A stretch of DNA of 64,000 bases from Candidatus Malihini olakiniferum (GCA_042263625.1 JBHKFL010000006.1:3766-67765), one strand, 5' to 3'. Shown: positions 33,419-45,736, counted from the stretch's first letter. The notes: a model not told the origin generated them from the letters alone. A program made the numbers and translations.

Positions 33419-36400
33419 ATGATGGAAACACTGCGTGGTTCACCTGCCCTATCGGCCTTCCATATAAACAAGTTGCTGACGCGCTGCAAAGATCACTTTT
33501 TATCACTTAGCGAGATCTATGGGGAATACGTGCACTTTGCCTCTGTGCGGTCTCCATTGAATAGCGATGAGCAGGTAAAACTGACACGACTATTGAACTA
33601 TGGCTATTCGCATTCTCTTGCGAAGCAAGAGCCGAGTGGGCGATTACTGTTGGTCATACCGCGTCCAGGGACCATTTCTCCCTGGTCTTCAAAAGCTACC
33701 GACATTGCCCGTAACTGCGGTCTGGACAAGGTAACTCGTCTGGAACGCGGATTAGCCTTCTATATTCATGCGCCGACATTAAGAGATGAACAGTGGCAGC
33801 AATTGAGCGGTCTACTGCATGACCGTATGACGGAAACCGTCTTTAATGAAATGGCGCAGGCAGCGAAGCTATTTGCGCAATATCAACCCGCACCACTGAA
33901 ACGCGTTGACGTACTGCTTCGCGGGCGTCAGGCGTTGGAACAGTTTAACGTGCTTTTAGGATTGGCGCTTTCGGAAGATGAAATCGATTATCTATTGGAT
34001 GCTTTTACCCGATTGGGACGCAACCCGACTGATATCGAACTCTATATGTTTGCGCAGGCTAACTCCGAGCATTGCCGTCACAAGATTTTTAATGCCGACT
34101 GGGTGATTGATGGAGAAGAACAGCCAAAGTCCTTATTTGAAATGATCAAGAATACCTTCGTAAATGTGCCGGAGCACGTGTTGTCTGCTTATAAAGATAA
34201 CGCTGCTGTGATGGAAGGCTCTGAAGCAGGGCGCTTTTTTGCCGATCCACAAGGGCACTATGCCTATCATCAGGAGCCAACACATATTCTGATGAAAGTA
34301 GAAACGCATAACCACCCGACAGCCATTTCTCCCGGGCCGGGGGCGGCCACGGGTTCTGGAGGTGAGATTCGTGATGAAGGAGCGACGGGACGCGGCTCGA
34401 AACCCAAAGCTGGTCTGATTGGGTTCTCTGTATCTAACCTCCGCATCCCTAACTTCGAACAGCCGTGGGAAAAGGATTTCGGTAAGCCAGATCGTATCGT
34501 CAGCGCGTTAGATATCATGCTCGATGGCCCATTGGGTAGCGCTGCATTTAACAATGAATTTGGTCATCCTGCTCTGACAGGTTATTTCCGTACCTATGAA
34601 GAGCAGGTTGACAGCCATAACGGTAACGAGTTGCGTGGTTATCATAAGCCTGTCATGTTGGCAGGGGGTATTGGTAATATCCGTGCCGATCATGTAAAAA
34701 AAGGGAAGATCACCGTAGGGGCTAAGCTGATTGTTCTGGGCGGACATTCCATGAATATCGGGCTAGGTGGTAGTTCCGCCTCCTCAATGGCCTTTTGCCA
34801 GTTAGATGCTGAGCTTGATTTTGCATCAATACAGCGTCATAACCCGGAAATGGAACGCCGTTGCCAAGAAGTGATTGATCGCTGTTGGCAACTGGGTGAA
34901 GAGAATCCGATTCTGTTTATCCATGACGTAGGGGCTGGGGGATTATCCAATGCTATGCCGGAATTGCTGAGTGATAGCGGGCTCGGCGGGCGCTTTGAGC
35001 TTCGAGATATCCTTAATTACGAGCCAGGAATGAGCCCTCTTGAAGTATGGTGTAACGAATCACAAGAGCGCTATGTGCTAGCAGTGGAACCAAAAAAACT
35101 AGAGTTGTTTGAGAAACTCTGCTGTCGTGAGCGTGCACCTTATGCGGTGATTGGAGAAGCCACGGAAGAGCGGCATTTAACCCTGAATGACCGCCATTTT
35201 AACAACCAGCCAATTGACTTGCCGCTAGACGTACTCCTGTACAAAATGCCAAAAATGCTGCGCGACGTTAAGCGACAGACTACAGAGGGTAGATTGCTAA
35301 ATCGTGATGGTATATTCCTAGCTGGAGCGTTAGAGCGCGTAATGCACATTCCGGTGGTGGCGGAGAAAACCTTCCTAATTACCATTGGTGACCGTTCCGT
35401 TAGCGGAATGGTAGCTCGCGATCAGATGGTGGGGCCATGGCAGATTCCGATAGCAAACTGTGCTGTAACTACCGCAAGTCTCGACAGCTACAAGGGTGAG
35501 GCCATGTCCATCGGCGAACGTGCACCTGTGGCTTTGCGTAATTTTGGTGCATCCGCGCGTCTAGCCGTAGGTGAAGCGTTAACCAATCTTGCTGCTACCC
35601 AGATTGGCGCGTTGACGCGAGTGAAGCTCTCTGCAAACTGGATGTCGGCAGCCGGACATCCAGGTGAAGATGCCGGACTCTACGAAGCAGTAAAAGCCAT
35701 CGGTGAAGAACTCTGTCCAGCATTAGGATTAACCATCCCGGTAGGTAAAGACTCTATGTCGATGAAACTCTGTTGGCAAGATGGGAATCAAGAGAGTAGT
35801 GTAATTTCGCCACTTTCCTTGGTAATCACGGCATTCGCCCGCGTGGAAGATGTGCGTAAAACGATCACGCCGCAACTGCGCGCTGATCGTGATAACGTGC
35901 TGCTGCTCATCGATCTGGGTGCTGGGCACCAGACACTGGGTGCAACAGCCTTGGCGCAGGTATACCGGCAGTTTGGTCGCTATACTGCAGATGTGCGTGA
36001 CCCAAAACAGCTGGCCAGATTCTTTAATGCGATCCAGACACTGGTGTCGGAGGATGCGTTGTTAGCCTACCACGACCGTTCTGATGGGGGTCTGGTGGTA
36101 ATGCTAGCAGAAATGGCCTTTACCGGTCACTGTGGTATCCATGTTAATATCGCGGTATTGGGTAATGATACCCTAGCCTCATTGTTTACCGAAGAGTTGG
36201 GTGCCGTGATTCAGGTGGCAGCTAACCGCCTAGCGTATGTTGAACAGGTTCTGGCCGATTACGGACTGACTGATATTGTTCACCGATTGGGCCATGCTTC
36301 TCAGGATAATCGCTTTGTGATTACGCATGGTAACGACTTGGTATATCAGGAGAGCTGTACCACGCTGCGCACCTGGTGGGCGGAAACGACCTGGAAAATG

Positions 36401-37312
36401 CAGCGTTTGCGCGATAACCCACACTGTGCCGATCAAGAACATGCGGCGAAGCAGGATGAGAATGACCCAGGTCTAAATGTCAGGTTAACGTTTGAACCGG
36501 AACAGGATATTGCAGCGCCGTTCATTGCGAAGGGGATTCGCCCTAAAGTAGCGGTGCTGCGTGAGCAAGGCATTAACTCTCACGTTGAAATGGCAGCTGC
36601 GTTTCATCGCGCTGGTTTTGATGCCATCGATGTACATATGAGTGATTTGCTAGAAGGCCGTCGCTCACTGCAAGATTTCCAGGCACTGGTAGCTTGCGGT
36701 GGTTTCTCTTACGGAGATGTGCTAGGAGCGGGTGAAGGCTGGGCTAAATCTATTTTATTCAATACGCGTGTTCGTGATGAATTTATAGATTTCTTTCTGC
36801 GTCCACAAACGGTAGCACTCGGCGTTTGTAATGGTTGCCAGATGATGTCGAACTTACGAGAGTTGATCCCTGGTGCTGAGCATTGGCCACGTTTTGTGCG
36901 CAACTTATCCGATCGTTTTGAGGCGCGGTTTAGTCTAGTTGAAGTTACGAAAAGTCCATCATTGTTTATGAATGAAATGGCTGGATCGCGAATGCCAATT
37001 GCAGTCTCCCACAGTGAAGGACGAGTTGAAGTGCTTGACGAGGCTCACTTGGCTGCATTGGAACACGAACATCTAGTCGCACTGCGTTTTGTGAATAACT
37101 TTGGACAGATGACAAATCATTACCCAGCTAATCCGAACGGCTCTCCGAACGGGATCACAGCAGTAACTAGTGCCAGTGGCCGTGCCACGGTGATGATGCC
37201 ACATCCAGAACGCGTTTTCCGTACCGTGAGTAACTCCTGGCACCCAGAAACGTGGGGTGAAGACAGCCCGTGGATGCGCATATTCCGTAACGCGCGTCGT
37301 CAGCTTAGCTAG
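33419..37312 (+). CDS. purL: phosphoribosylformylglycinamidine synthase
   Basis: 1297 aa; [26 protein letters not shown] and MPHPER motifs. Confidence 0.98.
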   Translation: MMETLRGSPALSAFHINKLLTRCKDHFLSLSEIYGEYVHFASVRSPLNSDEQVKLTRLLNYGYSHSLAKQEPSGRLLLVIPRPGTISPWSSKATDIARNCGLDKVTRLERGLAFYIHAPTLRDEQWQQLSGLLHDRMTETVFNEMAQAAKLFAQYQPAPLKRVDVLLRGRQALEQFNVLLGLALSEDEIDYLLDAFTRLGRNPTDIELYMFAQANSEHCRHKIFNADWVIDGEEQPKSLFEMIKNTFVNVPEHVLSAYKDNAAVMEGSEAGRFFADPQGHYAYHQEPTHILMKVETHNHPTAISPGPGAATGSGGEIRDEGATGRGSKPKAGLIGFSVSNLRIPNFEQPWEKDFGKPDRIVSALDIMLDGPLGSAAFNNEFGHPALTGYFRTYEEQVDSHNGNELRGYHKPVMLAGGIGNIRADHVKKGKITVGAKLIVLGGHSMNIGLGGSSASSMAFCQLDAELDFASIQRHNPEMERRCQEVIDRCWQLGEENPILFIHDVGAGGLSNAMPELLSDSGLGGRFELRDILNYEPGMSPLEVWCNESQERYVLAVEPKKLELFEKLCCRERAPYAVIGEATEERHLTLNDRHFNNQPIDLPLDVLLYKMPKMLRDVKRQTTEGRLLNRDGIFLAGALERVMHIPVVAEKTFLITIGDRSVSGMVARDQMVGPWQIPIANCAVTTASLDSYKGEAMSIGERAPVALRNFGASARLAVGEALTNLAATQIGALTRVKLSANWMSAAGHPGEDAGLYEAVKAIGEELCPALGLTIPVGKDSMSMKLCWQDGNQESSVISPLSLVITAFARVEDVRKTITPQLRADRDNVLLLIDLGAGHQTLGATALAQVYRQFGRYTADVRDPKQLARFFNAIQTLVSEDALLAYHDRSDGGLVVMLAEMAFTGHCGIHVNIAVLGNDTLASLFTEELGAVIQVAANRLAYVEQVLADYGLTDIVHRLGHASQDNRFVITHGNDLVYQESCTTLRTWWAETTWKMQRLRDNPHCADQEHAAKQDENDPGLNVRLTFEPEQDIAAPFIAKGIRPKVAVLREQGINSHVEMAAAFHRAGFDAIDVHMSDLLEGRRSLQDFQALVACGGFSYGDVLGAGEGWAKSILFNTRVRDEFIDFFLRPQTVALGVCNGCQMMSNLRELIPGAEHWPRFVRNLSDRFEARFSLVEVTKSPSLFMNEMAGSRMPIAVSHSEGRVEVLDEAHLAALEHEHLVALRFVNNFGQMTNHYPANPNGSPNGITAVTSASGRATVMMPHPERVFRTVSNSWHPETWGEDSPWMRIFRNARRQLS

Positions 37313-37359
37313 TTTAGCTATATGTACTAATTTGCCTTAAGATAATCCATACAGAGACT

Positions 37360-37632
37360 GAGTTTGATATCACACACGGTGCCGGGCCGAAACGACATTA
37401 CTGATGCGCGTTATCGATCCTCTCTATTCTAGAGAGAGGTGCACTGCAAGGCATGCTTTTTAAGCTTTTCTATTAGAAAAGCACTAGCGTAAAAAGTCAC
37501 GATAAAAAATCAGCTGGCTTGGATTAAGCATTTCGCGCTATTGCATTCGTCGTATATCAGGTGGGTGAGCCTGATATCGGTAGATAATATAGCTGATCTC
37601 TAATGATACGATAGAGTATTTTAATACGTCTT
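37360..37632 (-). pseudogene. hmp: flavohemoprotein remnant with decayed NsrR-like box
   Basis: IEKLKKHA and C-FGP fragments; AAGACGTATTAAAATACTCT at 37612-37632 resembles the NsrR operator; divergent from glyA. Confidence 0.5.
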
Positions 37633-37774
37633 ATTCGACGTAGTACAATATTGTTAAATCCCTTCTTATGTTTGTTTTTAGTATGTTAACAGAAATGTAA
37701 AATGCAGATAAAGAAAACTCCGTTATCAAAGTGCCTAATCATTAGGCTGCAAAGAGCCCCTAGCTCTGCCTAAG

Positions 37775-37790
37775 AGCTAATCGTTTGCTT
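37775..37790 (+). promoter_or_regulatory. PurR box upstream of glyA
   Basis: AGCTAATCGTTTGCTT, close to the enterobacterial glyA operator AGGTAATCGTTTGCGT. Confidence 0.65.
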
Positions 37791-37922
37791 AAAACTCTCT
37801 CAAGGCATATCATAAATAGGTAATTACACTTCTTGGTAGTTTTATCTTTTATGCGATTTTACTGTACCTCATGTCGTTTAACTGTACATAAAGTTAGGGG
37901 TTAGCTGAGTCAGGAGATGCGG

Positions 37923-39176
37923 ATGTTACAGCGTGAAATGAATATTGCCGATTACGATGCCGAACTGTGGCACGCAATGCAGCAAGAAGTGGTGCGTCAG
38001 GAAGAACATATTGAACTGATAGCGTCAGAAAATTATACCAGCCCACGTGTTATGGAAGCTCAAGGGTCTCAGTTAACTAATAAATATGCAGAAGGATATC
38101 CCGGTAAACGTTACTATGGCGGCTGCGAATACGTTGATATCGTAGAGCAACTTGCGATTGACCGTGCTAAATCGCTATTCGGTGCCGATTACGCTAACGT
38201 GCAACCGCACTCTGGTTCTCAGGCTAATTTTGCTGTGTATACCGCGTTGCTGCAACCTGGAGACAAAATTCTGGGAATGAATCTGGCCCATGGTGGGCAT
38301 CTGACTCACGGATCTCCGGTTAATCTATCGGGTAAGCTATACAAAGTGATTCCTTATGGTATTAATGAAATTGGTAAAATCGATTACGCAGAAATGGCTG
38401 AATTGGCGCACATGCACAAACCAAAAATGATTTTAGGCGGTTTCTCTGCCTACTCAGGCGTGGTTGACTGGGCAAAAATGCGTGAAATTGCTGATAGCAT
38501 TGGAGCTTATCTGTTTGTGGATATGGCGCATGTTGCAGGTCTAGTCGCGGCTGATGTTTATCCTAACCCGGTTCCTCATGCGCATATGGTCACTACCACG
38601 ACCCACAAAACGCTGTCTGGTCCACGTGGCGGGCTGATTCTAGCCAAGGGCGGTGACGAAGAACTGTATAAGAAACTGAACTCTGCTGTATTCCCTGGAG
38701 GGCAGGGTGGCCCTTTGATGCACGTTATTGCGGGTAAAGCGGTTGCACTAAAAGAAGCGATGGAGCCTGAGTTTAAAGTTTATCAGCAACAAGTAGAGAA
38801 GAATGCTAAAGCGATGGTTAAAGATTTCCTAGCACGCGGATTTAATGTGGTCTCAGGCGGCACTAGCAACCATCTGTTCTTACTCGATCTAGTAGGAAAG
38901 AATCTGACGGGTAAAGAAGCCGATGCCGCTTTAGGGCTCGCTAACATTACTGTCAATAAAAACAGTGTCCCACATGATCCGAAGAGTCCGTTTATCACCT
39001 CGGGGATCCGTATTGGTACCCCAGCAGCAACGCGCCGTGGCTTTAAAGAAACTGAAGTGCGTGAGCTTACAGGCTGGATCTGTGATATATTGGAGAATAT
39101 AAATGACAAAAGTACCATTGAAGGTATTAAACAAAAAGTACTCATTACTTGCGAGCGTTTCCCTGTTTATGCCTAA
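37923..39176 (+). CDS. glyA: serine hydroxymethyltransferase
   Basis: LIASENY and TTTTHKTL motifs; GGAG SD before ATG 37923. Confidence 0.98.
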   Translation: MLQREMNIADYDAELWHAMQQEVVRQEEHIELIASENYTSPRVMEAQGSQLTNKYAEGYPGKRYYGGCEYVDIVEQLAIDRAKSLFGADYANVQPHSGSQANFAVYTALLQPGDKILGMNLAHGGHLTHGSPVNLSGKLYKVIPYGINEIGKIDYAEMAELAHMHKPKMILGGFSAYSGVVDWAKMREIADSIGAYLFVDMAHVAGLVAADVYPNPVPHAHMVTTTTHKTLSGPRGGLILAKGGDEELYKKLNSAVFPGGQGGPLMHVIAGKAVALKEAMEPEFKVYQQQVEKNAKAMVKDFLARGFNVVSGGTSNHLFLLDLVGKNLTGKEADAALGLANITVNKNSVPHDPKSPFITSGIRIGTPAATRRGFKETEVRELTGWICDILENINDKSTIEGIKQKVLITCERFPVYA

Positions 39177-39422
39177 ATACCAGTAACTTATAGGTTAACG
39201 CTAGACTATTATGGGCTGGCTTTTTATCGCTCTGCCTCATCATCTTCTCATTTTGCTAATGAGTGCCCTGAAGAAATAGGGCATGGATGGATTTCTTAAA
39301 CATACTGTTAACAGTAGCCTGAATTCATTCAGGATGTAATAAATTTTAAAAATGATCAGCTTTGATCTTATTGAAATACGATACATTATTTTAATAGGAA
39401 CGAAACGGGATAAAAGACTATC

Positions 39423-40226
39423 TTAGCGTTTAAGCGCTTCGCTAAGTTCTTTACGGATAGTGTAAAGAATGGACTTCACAACTCGCGGGTTTCCCGCGAC
39501 TAGGTTACCCGAAAAGAGATAGTTGTGGCCGCCTAAGAAGTCAGTGACAAGTCCACCGGCTTCACGAACAATCAATTCGCCACCAGCAAAATCCCAGGGC
39601 TTCAGGCCAATCTCGAAAAAACCATCTACGCGACCTGCTGCCACATAGGCTAGATCCAGCGCAGTGGATCCAGTACGACGGAAGTCACCGCAGGTGGTAA
39701 AGAGAGCAGAAACCATATTGATATAAGAGGTGGCGTGCTCCTTCTGCTTAAAAGGAAAACCAGTTGCTAGAATAGTGCCATCTAGATCTCGAGCATTGCT
39801 GCTGCGTAGACGATAGCCGTTCAACTGTGCGCCTTGACCGCGTGTTGCGGTAAACAGCTCATTGCGCATCGGATCATAAACCACAACCACTTCAGTACGA
39901 GATTTGATGCGCACAGCAATGGAAACAGCAAAATGGGGGAGGCGTTTAAAGAAATTGGTGACGCCATCCATCGGATTGATAATCCATTGAATTGTTTCGT
40001 TTTCACCGACTAATTCACCGCACTCTTCACCAATAATGGTATGCTGTGGATAGGATTTGCGGATCACCTCAATAAGTAGGTGCTCAGCATTTCGGTTAAC
40101 GTTTGTGATAAAATCGTTACTGCTTTTTCGGCTCGCGTCAACGACGTCAGGGATTTCATAATTCTTGGCAATTAAATTCCCGCCCTTGCGCACAGCGCGC
40201 ACAGCGATGTTAAGCATCGGATGCAT
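39423..40226 (-). CDS. suhB: SuhB (Nus factor / inositol monophosphatase family)
   Basis: MHPMLNIAVRA, RRTGSTALDLAYVA and PWDFAGG motifs. Confidence 0.96.
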   Translation of the reverse strand: MHPMLNIAVRAVRKGGNLIAKNYEIPDVVDASRKSSNDFITNVNRNAEHLLIEVIRKSYPQHTIIGEECGELVGENETIQWIINPMDGVTNFFKRLPHFAVSIAVRIKSRTEVVVVYDPMRNELFTATRGQGAQLNGYRLRSSNARDLDGTILATGFPFKQKEHATSYINMVSALFTTCGDFRRTGSTALDLAYVAAGRVDGFFEIGLKPWDFAGGELIVREAGGLVTDFLGGHNYLFSGNLVAGNPRVVKSILYTIRKELSEALKR

Positions 40227-40243
40227 GGTCTCGTCCACTGGGA

Positions 40244-40255
40244 TGTTAAAGAACA
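40244..40255 (-). promoter_or_regulatory. boxA element in suhB 5' UTR
   Basis: TGTTCTTTAACA 17 nt upstream of the ATG, matching the known Nus-factor autoregulatory site. Confidence 0.8.
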
Positions 40256-40361
40256 TAAAGCGAAGCGCAGTATAGCAGGAGAAAGAGAAAATAGCGAATT
40301 CTGTAATATACTAATCCTGTTTTTTACTCTTTCTTTTCTTTCTTACTGCTGAATTAGCATA

Positions 40362-40830
40362 GTAGAGAAAATTTGCATCGTTCTGGTGGAAACCGTGCTT
40401 ACAAGACTATGAGGGGTTAAAGAACTTCTATTTAGTGAATCTACTGATGAAACCAAACCGGATTCACAAGCAATCGCTGTGAACTTGTAGGGTTGACTAA
40501 TGTTAACTCATGACAAACTACAAACATGACAGTAACACGCGTACATTCCCGCCAACCCAGAGTATAGTTTGTTAAAATCTGATTATGAGGTTCTTATTGT
40601 ACATCTCGATCTAATGGCGCAAAAGCAGCACCAGAAATCACGGAAGAACCTTACCCGTTGTGGTTGAGACTGAGAACATTGCTATACCTACATTAGAAGA
40701 CACTCTGCCCTACACCGGTTTTATTTGAAAGGCACATTTTAGGGGAAAGTGATGCACAAGCTACTCCGCTTGTTTGCCCGTGCTCGCCCGGAAGAATAGG
40801 AACTGGCCATTTTACGCGCTATAAAAAAGA
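40362..40830 (+). pseudogene. trmJ: tRNA (C32/U32-2'-O)-methyltransferase remnant
   Basis: IVLVET, KTM-LKN-YLVN, PDSQAIA, IPANPEYS and RLFARARPEE* fragments. Confidence 0.9.
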
Positions 40831-40844
40831 GCGTTGTAGAAAAA

Positions 40845-40894
40845 ATACCTGAGTAAACTACTTGGTTAAGTGGTTGATTAAAATATTCGAGTAT
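40845..40894 (+). promoter_or_regulatory. tandem type-1 IscR sites at iscR promoter
   Basis: Two adjacent 25-mers, ATACCTGAGTAAACTACTTGGTTAA and GTGGTTGATTAAAATATTCGAGTAT, aligning with the enterobacterial iscR operator. Confidence 0.75.
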
Positions 40895-40996
40895 GTAAAA
40901 CTAAAATTTTTGCTTTGCAAAGCAAATGCATACCTAGTGGATAGGTCTATCAATCAAGTTTAATAATAAGCTATTTTATCTTCGAGCACCCTTATC

Positions 40997-41518
40997 ATGA
41001 GACTGATATCAAAAGCCCGTTATGCCATTAACGCCATGCTAGATGTAGCGTTGCACTCCAAAGAAGGGCCGGTTTCTTTAGCTCATATTTCCGAGCGGAA
41101 GGGAATATCACTGTCGTATCTAGAGAAACTGTTCTCTCTTTTGCGCAAAAATGGGCTGGTTTCCAGTGTTCGCGGACCGGGCGGTGGATACCTGCTAGGC
41201 AAAAACGCAAATGAAATTGCTGTTAGCGCTGTGATTTCCGCTTTTGACGAATCCGTCGATGCGACCAGCTGCCAAGGGCGTAAAGGCTGCCAGAGCGGCG
41301 ATCGCTGCCTGACACACACGCTATGGCGCGATCTCAGAGACCGTATAACCGATTTCTTGAACAAGATCACGTTGGACGAACTGGTAAGTAACCAAGAAGT
41401 GCTGGACATAGCGGACCGTCAAGATGCTGATATTTACCGCACTGCCAACGGACGTATTCAAAAAACCATTAATGTTAATCAGCGCGCTGCTGACAATTCA
41501 TCCTCACAGGGACAATAA
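40997..41518 (+). CDS. iscR: Fe-S cluster transcriptional regulator IscR
   Basis: Rrf2 wHTH; Cys-Cys-Cys-His ligands retained ([17 protein letters not shown]); short C-terminal read-through. Confidence 0.95.
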   Translation: MRLISKARYAINAMLDVALHSKEGPVSLAHISERKGISLSYLEKLFSLLRKNGLVSSVRGPGGGYLLGKNANEIAVSAVISAFDESVDATSCQGRKGCQSGDRCLTHTLWRDLRDRITDFLNKITLDELVSNQEVLDIADRQDADIYRTANGRIQKTINVNQRAADNSSSQGQ

Positions 41519-41567
41519 AAACAAAAACCATTGTACGTTTTGAAGTGATGTACGGAGTTTAGGAGCA

Positions 41568-42782
41568 ATGAAGTTACCCATTTATCTAGACTATTCAGCC
41601 ACAACTCCGGTTGATCCGCGAGTAGCTGAAAAAATGATGCAGTTTTTGACCCTAGACGGTACGTTTGGGAACCCGGCTTCCCGCTCCCACATCTTTGGAT
41701 GGCAGGCGGAAGAGGCCGTGGATATTGCGCGTAACCAAATCGCTGAACTGGTAGGAGCCGATCCGCGTGAGATCGTGTTCACTTCAGGCGCGACCGAAGC
41801 CGACAACCTCGCTATCAAGGGTGCTGCTCACTTCTATCGGAAGAAAGGAAAGCACATCATTACCAGCAAGACTGAACACAAGGTCGTTCTAGATACCTGC
41901 CGTCAGTTAGAGCGTGAAGGCTTTGAGGTAACTTACCTTTCTCCGCAGCGTAGCGGTATTATCGCTCTGCATGAACTTGAAGAGGCAATGCGTAAAGACA
42001 CCATTTTGGTTTCCATTATGCACGTCAACAACGAAATCGGTGTGGTACAGGATATTTCTGCTATTGGCGAGATGTGCCGCATTCGTGGCATTGTGTTCCA
42101 CGTTGATGCGACGCAGGGCGTAGGAAAAATACCTATCGATCTCAGAAAGACAAAAGTGGATTTGATGTCTTTTTCTGGGCATAAGATGTATGGCCCGAAA
42201 GGGATTGGTGCATTGTATATACGTCGTAAACCCCGTATCCGTATAGAACCGCAGATGCACGGAGGAGATCACGAACTCGGTATGCGTTCCGGTACTTTGC
42301 CCGTGCACCAGATCGTAGGCATGGGTGAAGCTTACCGCATTGCTAAAGAAGAGATGGCAACGGAAGTCGTTTGTTTAAACGCGCTGCGTCATCGTCTTTG
42401 GAACGGTATCAAGGAGATTCAAGAGGTGTACATCAATGGAGACCTGGAGCAGGGCGTTCCGAATATACTAAATGTCAGCTTTAACTATGTTGAAAGTGAA
42501 TCCCTGATGATGCTACTAAAAGATTTGGCTGTCTCCTCCGGTTCCGCCTGTACCTCTGAGAGCCTGGAGCCATCCTATGTGCTGCGTGCTTTAGGCATAG
42601 ATGATGAATTGGCGCACAGCTCTATTCGCTTTTCTCTCGGTCGTTTTACCACCGAAGAAGAGATCGACTACGCCATTGCCCTAGTTCAGAAATCCATTGA
42701 GCGCCTACGCGATCTTTCTCCGTTGTGGGGGATCTTCAAGCAGAGCTTAAATGTTTCCACTATTAAATGGGCTCATCATTAA
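41568..42782 (+). CDS. iscS: cysteine desulfurase
   Basis: [10 protein letters not shown] (PLP Lys) and SSGSACTS (catalytic Cys). Confidence 0.97.
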   Translation: MKLPIYLDYSATTPVDPRVAEKMMQFLTLDGTFGNPASRSHIFGWQAEEAVDIARNQIAELVGADPREIVFTSGATEADNLAIKGAAHFYRKKGKHIITSKTEHKVVLDTCRQLEREGFEVTYLSPQRSGIIALHELEEAMRKDTILVSIMHVNNEIGVVQDISAIGEMCRIRGIVFHVDATQGVGKIPIDLRKTKVDLMSFSGHKMYGPKGIGALYIRRKPRIRIEPQMHGGDHELGMRSGTLPVHQIVGMGEAYRIAKEEMATEVVCLNALRHRLWNGIKEIQEVYINGDLEQGVPNILNVSFNYVESESLMMLLKDLAVSSGSACTSESLEPSYVLRALGIDDELAHSSIRFSLGRFTTEEEIDYAIALVQKSIERLRDLSPLWGIFKQSLNVSTIKWAHH

Positions 42783-42806
42783 TTCGTAGCACAGAGAGCT
42801 CTAATC

Positions 42807-43010
42807 ATGGCATATGATATATGGCATATGGCATATAGCGAAAAGTTATTGATCTTTAAAATCTAAGCCATGTGGGCTTGGTTGATAACGCCGATTCTTC
42901 GAATCTAAGACACACGGTTTAAAATCTACGGTTGTGTCTCCGCCATTGCTGCCAGTTAGCTGATCACTGAATAGAAGAAAGAAAAGTCTCCGGAAGAAGC
43001 CGAATCGATA
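42807..43010 (+). pseudogene. iscU: Fe-S scaffold IscU remnant
   Basis: MAYSEK and RFKIYGCVSAIAAS*LITE* fragments; internal deletions; triplicated ATGGCAT. Confidence 0.9.
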
Positions 43011-43024
43011 TTGATAGTAAGAGA

Positions 43025-43144
43025 CTGATTTATCTCTATGGCATAGAGATGGATTTCGTCAAAGACGGTTTGAACGAAGGATTCAAGTTGAATCATCCCA
43101 ACGTGACCGGCGAATGTGGCTGTAGCGTAAGCTTTAGGGTCTGA
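43025..43144 (+). pseudogene. iscA: IscA, C-terminal remnant
   Basis: [38 protein letters not shown]; no 5' half. Confidence 0.9.
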
Positions 43145-43237
43145 TTCTTTTTTTCCTTATTAACAGGGGAATGATTGTTACGCCTGCTAGCGCAGGGACT
43201 GATCTCCCCAGTTAGCGCTAGCATATTCTAGCGCACT

Positions 43238-43285
43238 GTGGATTATGTTACGTTATTCTATCTGCAGGTTCACCCTGATAAAAAG
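43238..43285 (+). pseudogene. hscB: HscB remnant
   Basis: VDYVTLF joined to QVHPD (HscB MDYFTLF...HPD). Confidence 0.65.
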
Positions 43286-43653
43286 GATAAGACAGACTGT
43301 CTGACGGGTATTTTTTTGGCATGATCAGCGATGTTCAGAAATATTCTAAGAACAGCACCTGTTAGGTGTAACCTAAGCAGGTATAGTTTACACGCAAATC
43401 CCAGCACTGAATCATCCAAAGATAATAAATTACGCTGCGAGCATGTGATCACAGGGTGATTGCCATAAACTGCATACTTATGCAATAGTGTCTCTACAGG
43501 CGTAATGACGTGACAAAAAGATACTATTTTTAGTAAAGGTTATATGCCCTGATAGGCAAGTGTAGGCAAGTGAATGTGTTGCCACCCTATTATATGCAAT
43601 ATAATAATTTTTTAAGCCTGGCGTTATTAGCTTGTAATATATTGAGGTCTAAT

Positions 43654-44085
43654 ATGACGGTAGAACGTACCTTTTCCATCGTAAAACCTAATGCCGTAGC
43701 CAAAAATGCCATCGGTGCCATCTATGCGCGTTTTGAGAAGGAAGGCTTCACCCTGGTGGCCGCCAAAATGGTGAAATTAACGCTTAAGCAGGCTGAAGGG
43801 TTCTATGCCGAGCATCAGGGAAAACCATTTTTTGACGGTCTGGTAGCTTTCATGAAATCTGGTCCGATCATGGTGCAAGTATTGGAAGGGGAAAACGCGA
43901 TTCAGCGTAACCGGGACATCATAGGTGCTACAAATCCTGCAAATGCGATGGCGGGTACTCTGCGCGCTGAGTACGCAGACAGTTTTACCGAAAATGCCGT
44001 ACATGGCTCTTCTTCACAAGAATCTGCTACGCGTGAGATTGCTTATTTCTTCAGTCCTGAAGAAATCTACCCGCGTAGCCGTTAA
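43654..44085 (+). CDS. ndk: nucleoside diphosphate kinase
   Basis: 143 aa; [12 protein letters not shown] and NAVHGS motifs. Confidence 0.97.
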   Translation: MTVERTFSIVKPNAVAKNAIGAIYARFEKEGFTLVAAKMVKLTLKQAEGFYAEHQGKPFFDGLVAFMKSGPIMVQVLEGENAIQRNRDIIGATNPANAMAGTLRAEYADSFTENAVHGSSSQESATREIAYFFSPEEIYPRSR

Positions 44086-44269
44086 ATCCGTTGCAGCGAT
44101 TTTCTTCTGTCAAACGTAAAAATGCAAAAGGGGTAGCGTCGCTGTTTTAAACATTAAATAAAGCAGCGCCCAAGATGGGCACACGCTCGCTGTTTTTTTT
44201 AGTGTTTCTTTGTCAAAGTCACCTTCTTCATTTTGTAATAAAAATGAGGTGAAAGCCATTCCGTACTGA

Positions 44270-44990
44270 ATAGGTGATGAAGACTATGACGGACAAAAAC
44301 AAGGTTTTACGTCAGTAATTATAGCAGATCGCTAAGATCTATGCATAGGAGGTGTTGGCTAAATAGAGCTCCTCGAAGCGGTACTATACAGATTGCGATT
44401 CTGTTCGTTGTATGGCCAACCTGTGGAAACAGTGGACATTCCGAAAGGGAATCGAACCACGCGCTGCTTTTCCTTTCAGCTTGGTTATGCCCTTGAATGC
44501 GAGTTTTACTCCATCGCATAGCGATGCGATTTAACCATAATCTTTCTGTTTCAGAAATTATTGATCAGGTATGGCGTTCCGTAACATTATCAGTTTCTCA
44601 ACAGTCACTGGTCAGAACCTGAACAATTTTTTGCTATGGAGATCATGCTAGATGATCTTCTGCGTTGGTTTTTCTAAGCACCAAGTGAGGGGCTCTCTCT
44701 ACTTTCGGAGAAGGTACCCGCGCTGGATAACTTTGGTGAGGTGATATGATTGAGGTTGCACTGTGGAAATCGCTGCACGCGCTAACAGCTAAGATCAATA
44801 ATAAAATAATAAAATTCTGCTGATCAACAAAAATGGCAGCGCAATGAATAATTGTGATGTGTTTCTTTTTAGCGCTACAATCGATCCGATTAGATCTTTA
44901 TCACCATAGCCTTCCGGCTAGCTTATCATCACTATGCGCCGCTATTGTGGCGCATAGTGATGATAAGCGTAACTGTCATGGCGATAGGCC
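44270..44990 (+). pseudogene. rlmN: dual-specificity RNA methyltransferase RlmN remnant
   Basis: MTDKNKVLR, VETVDIP, GYALECEFYS, FNHNLSVSEIIDQVWR and AMEIMLDD fragments. Confidence 0.92.
44921..44968. repeat. perfect inverted repeat, 20-bp arms, 8-nt loop
   Basis: GCTTATCATCACTATGCGCC-gctattgt-GGCGCATAGTGATGATAAGC. Confidence 0.96.
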
Positions 44991-45059
44991 TGAGGCAAAG
45001 TTTTCTACACTCTAAAAACAACAAGAAGTTCCTAGCTAAGGAATACTGAAGCTACTCTA

Positions 45060-45696
45060 GAGAATACCACCTCAGCCACTCCTAGCGAATATCTTCGTAA
45101 GGCGAGCGAGCATAGGGGATTGATGCAGCAAACTGTCGCTGAACGTTTATACCTTAAAGTTACATAGTACGTGAGATCGAAGAGGGCAGCCTCTCGCTAG
45201 ATTTGGCTCCCACCGTTTTGCGTTGGTATATCCGTTTTTATGCAAAAATGGTACATTTTCTCGAAATTGCACTGCTGCCTATGTTGGATAAACATCGTGG
45301 TGCTAAAATTTGCCAACGTGACATCAATGCAAGGTATGGCTGGTTGATGTCCTTTACCTGTCTGGCTGGTAGTCGTATTAGGTCTTATCGGAGCCTGGTG
45401 GTTGCAGAATGACCAGATTTAGCAGCAGGAGCAGGAGATCAGCATAATGAATGATCGATCAGTCTCCGGCCACTAGCCACTAATGCACCAGAAGGGGTTC
45501 TTATAGGCAAACAGCTTTTCAGATCGAAAATAGCAGATTGCAGACCTTCGATCTAAAGACGCAGCAGGCAAAACTATAGAGCGGCGTGCTGCGAAGCGGT
45601 AGAAGTGCCTTAAACCTGAGCTGCCATGCATCCTATCGATTGAGCCTGCTTTTAAGAAGCAACAAAGTTGCTCGTCTGACGCTTGCAGCGCAGTAG
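45060..45696 (+). pseudogene. rodZ: cytoskeleton protein RodZ remnant
   Basis: QQTVAERLYLKV, LRWYIRFYAKMV, GWLMSFT and KVARLTLAAQ* fragments, frameshifted. Confidence 0.9.
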
Positions 45697-45736
45697 TTTC
45701 CGATATTAGTGATGCTGTAAACGTGGAGAAGAATTA

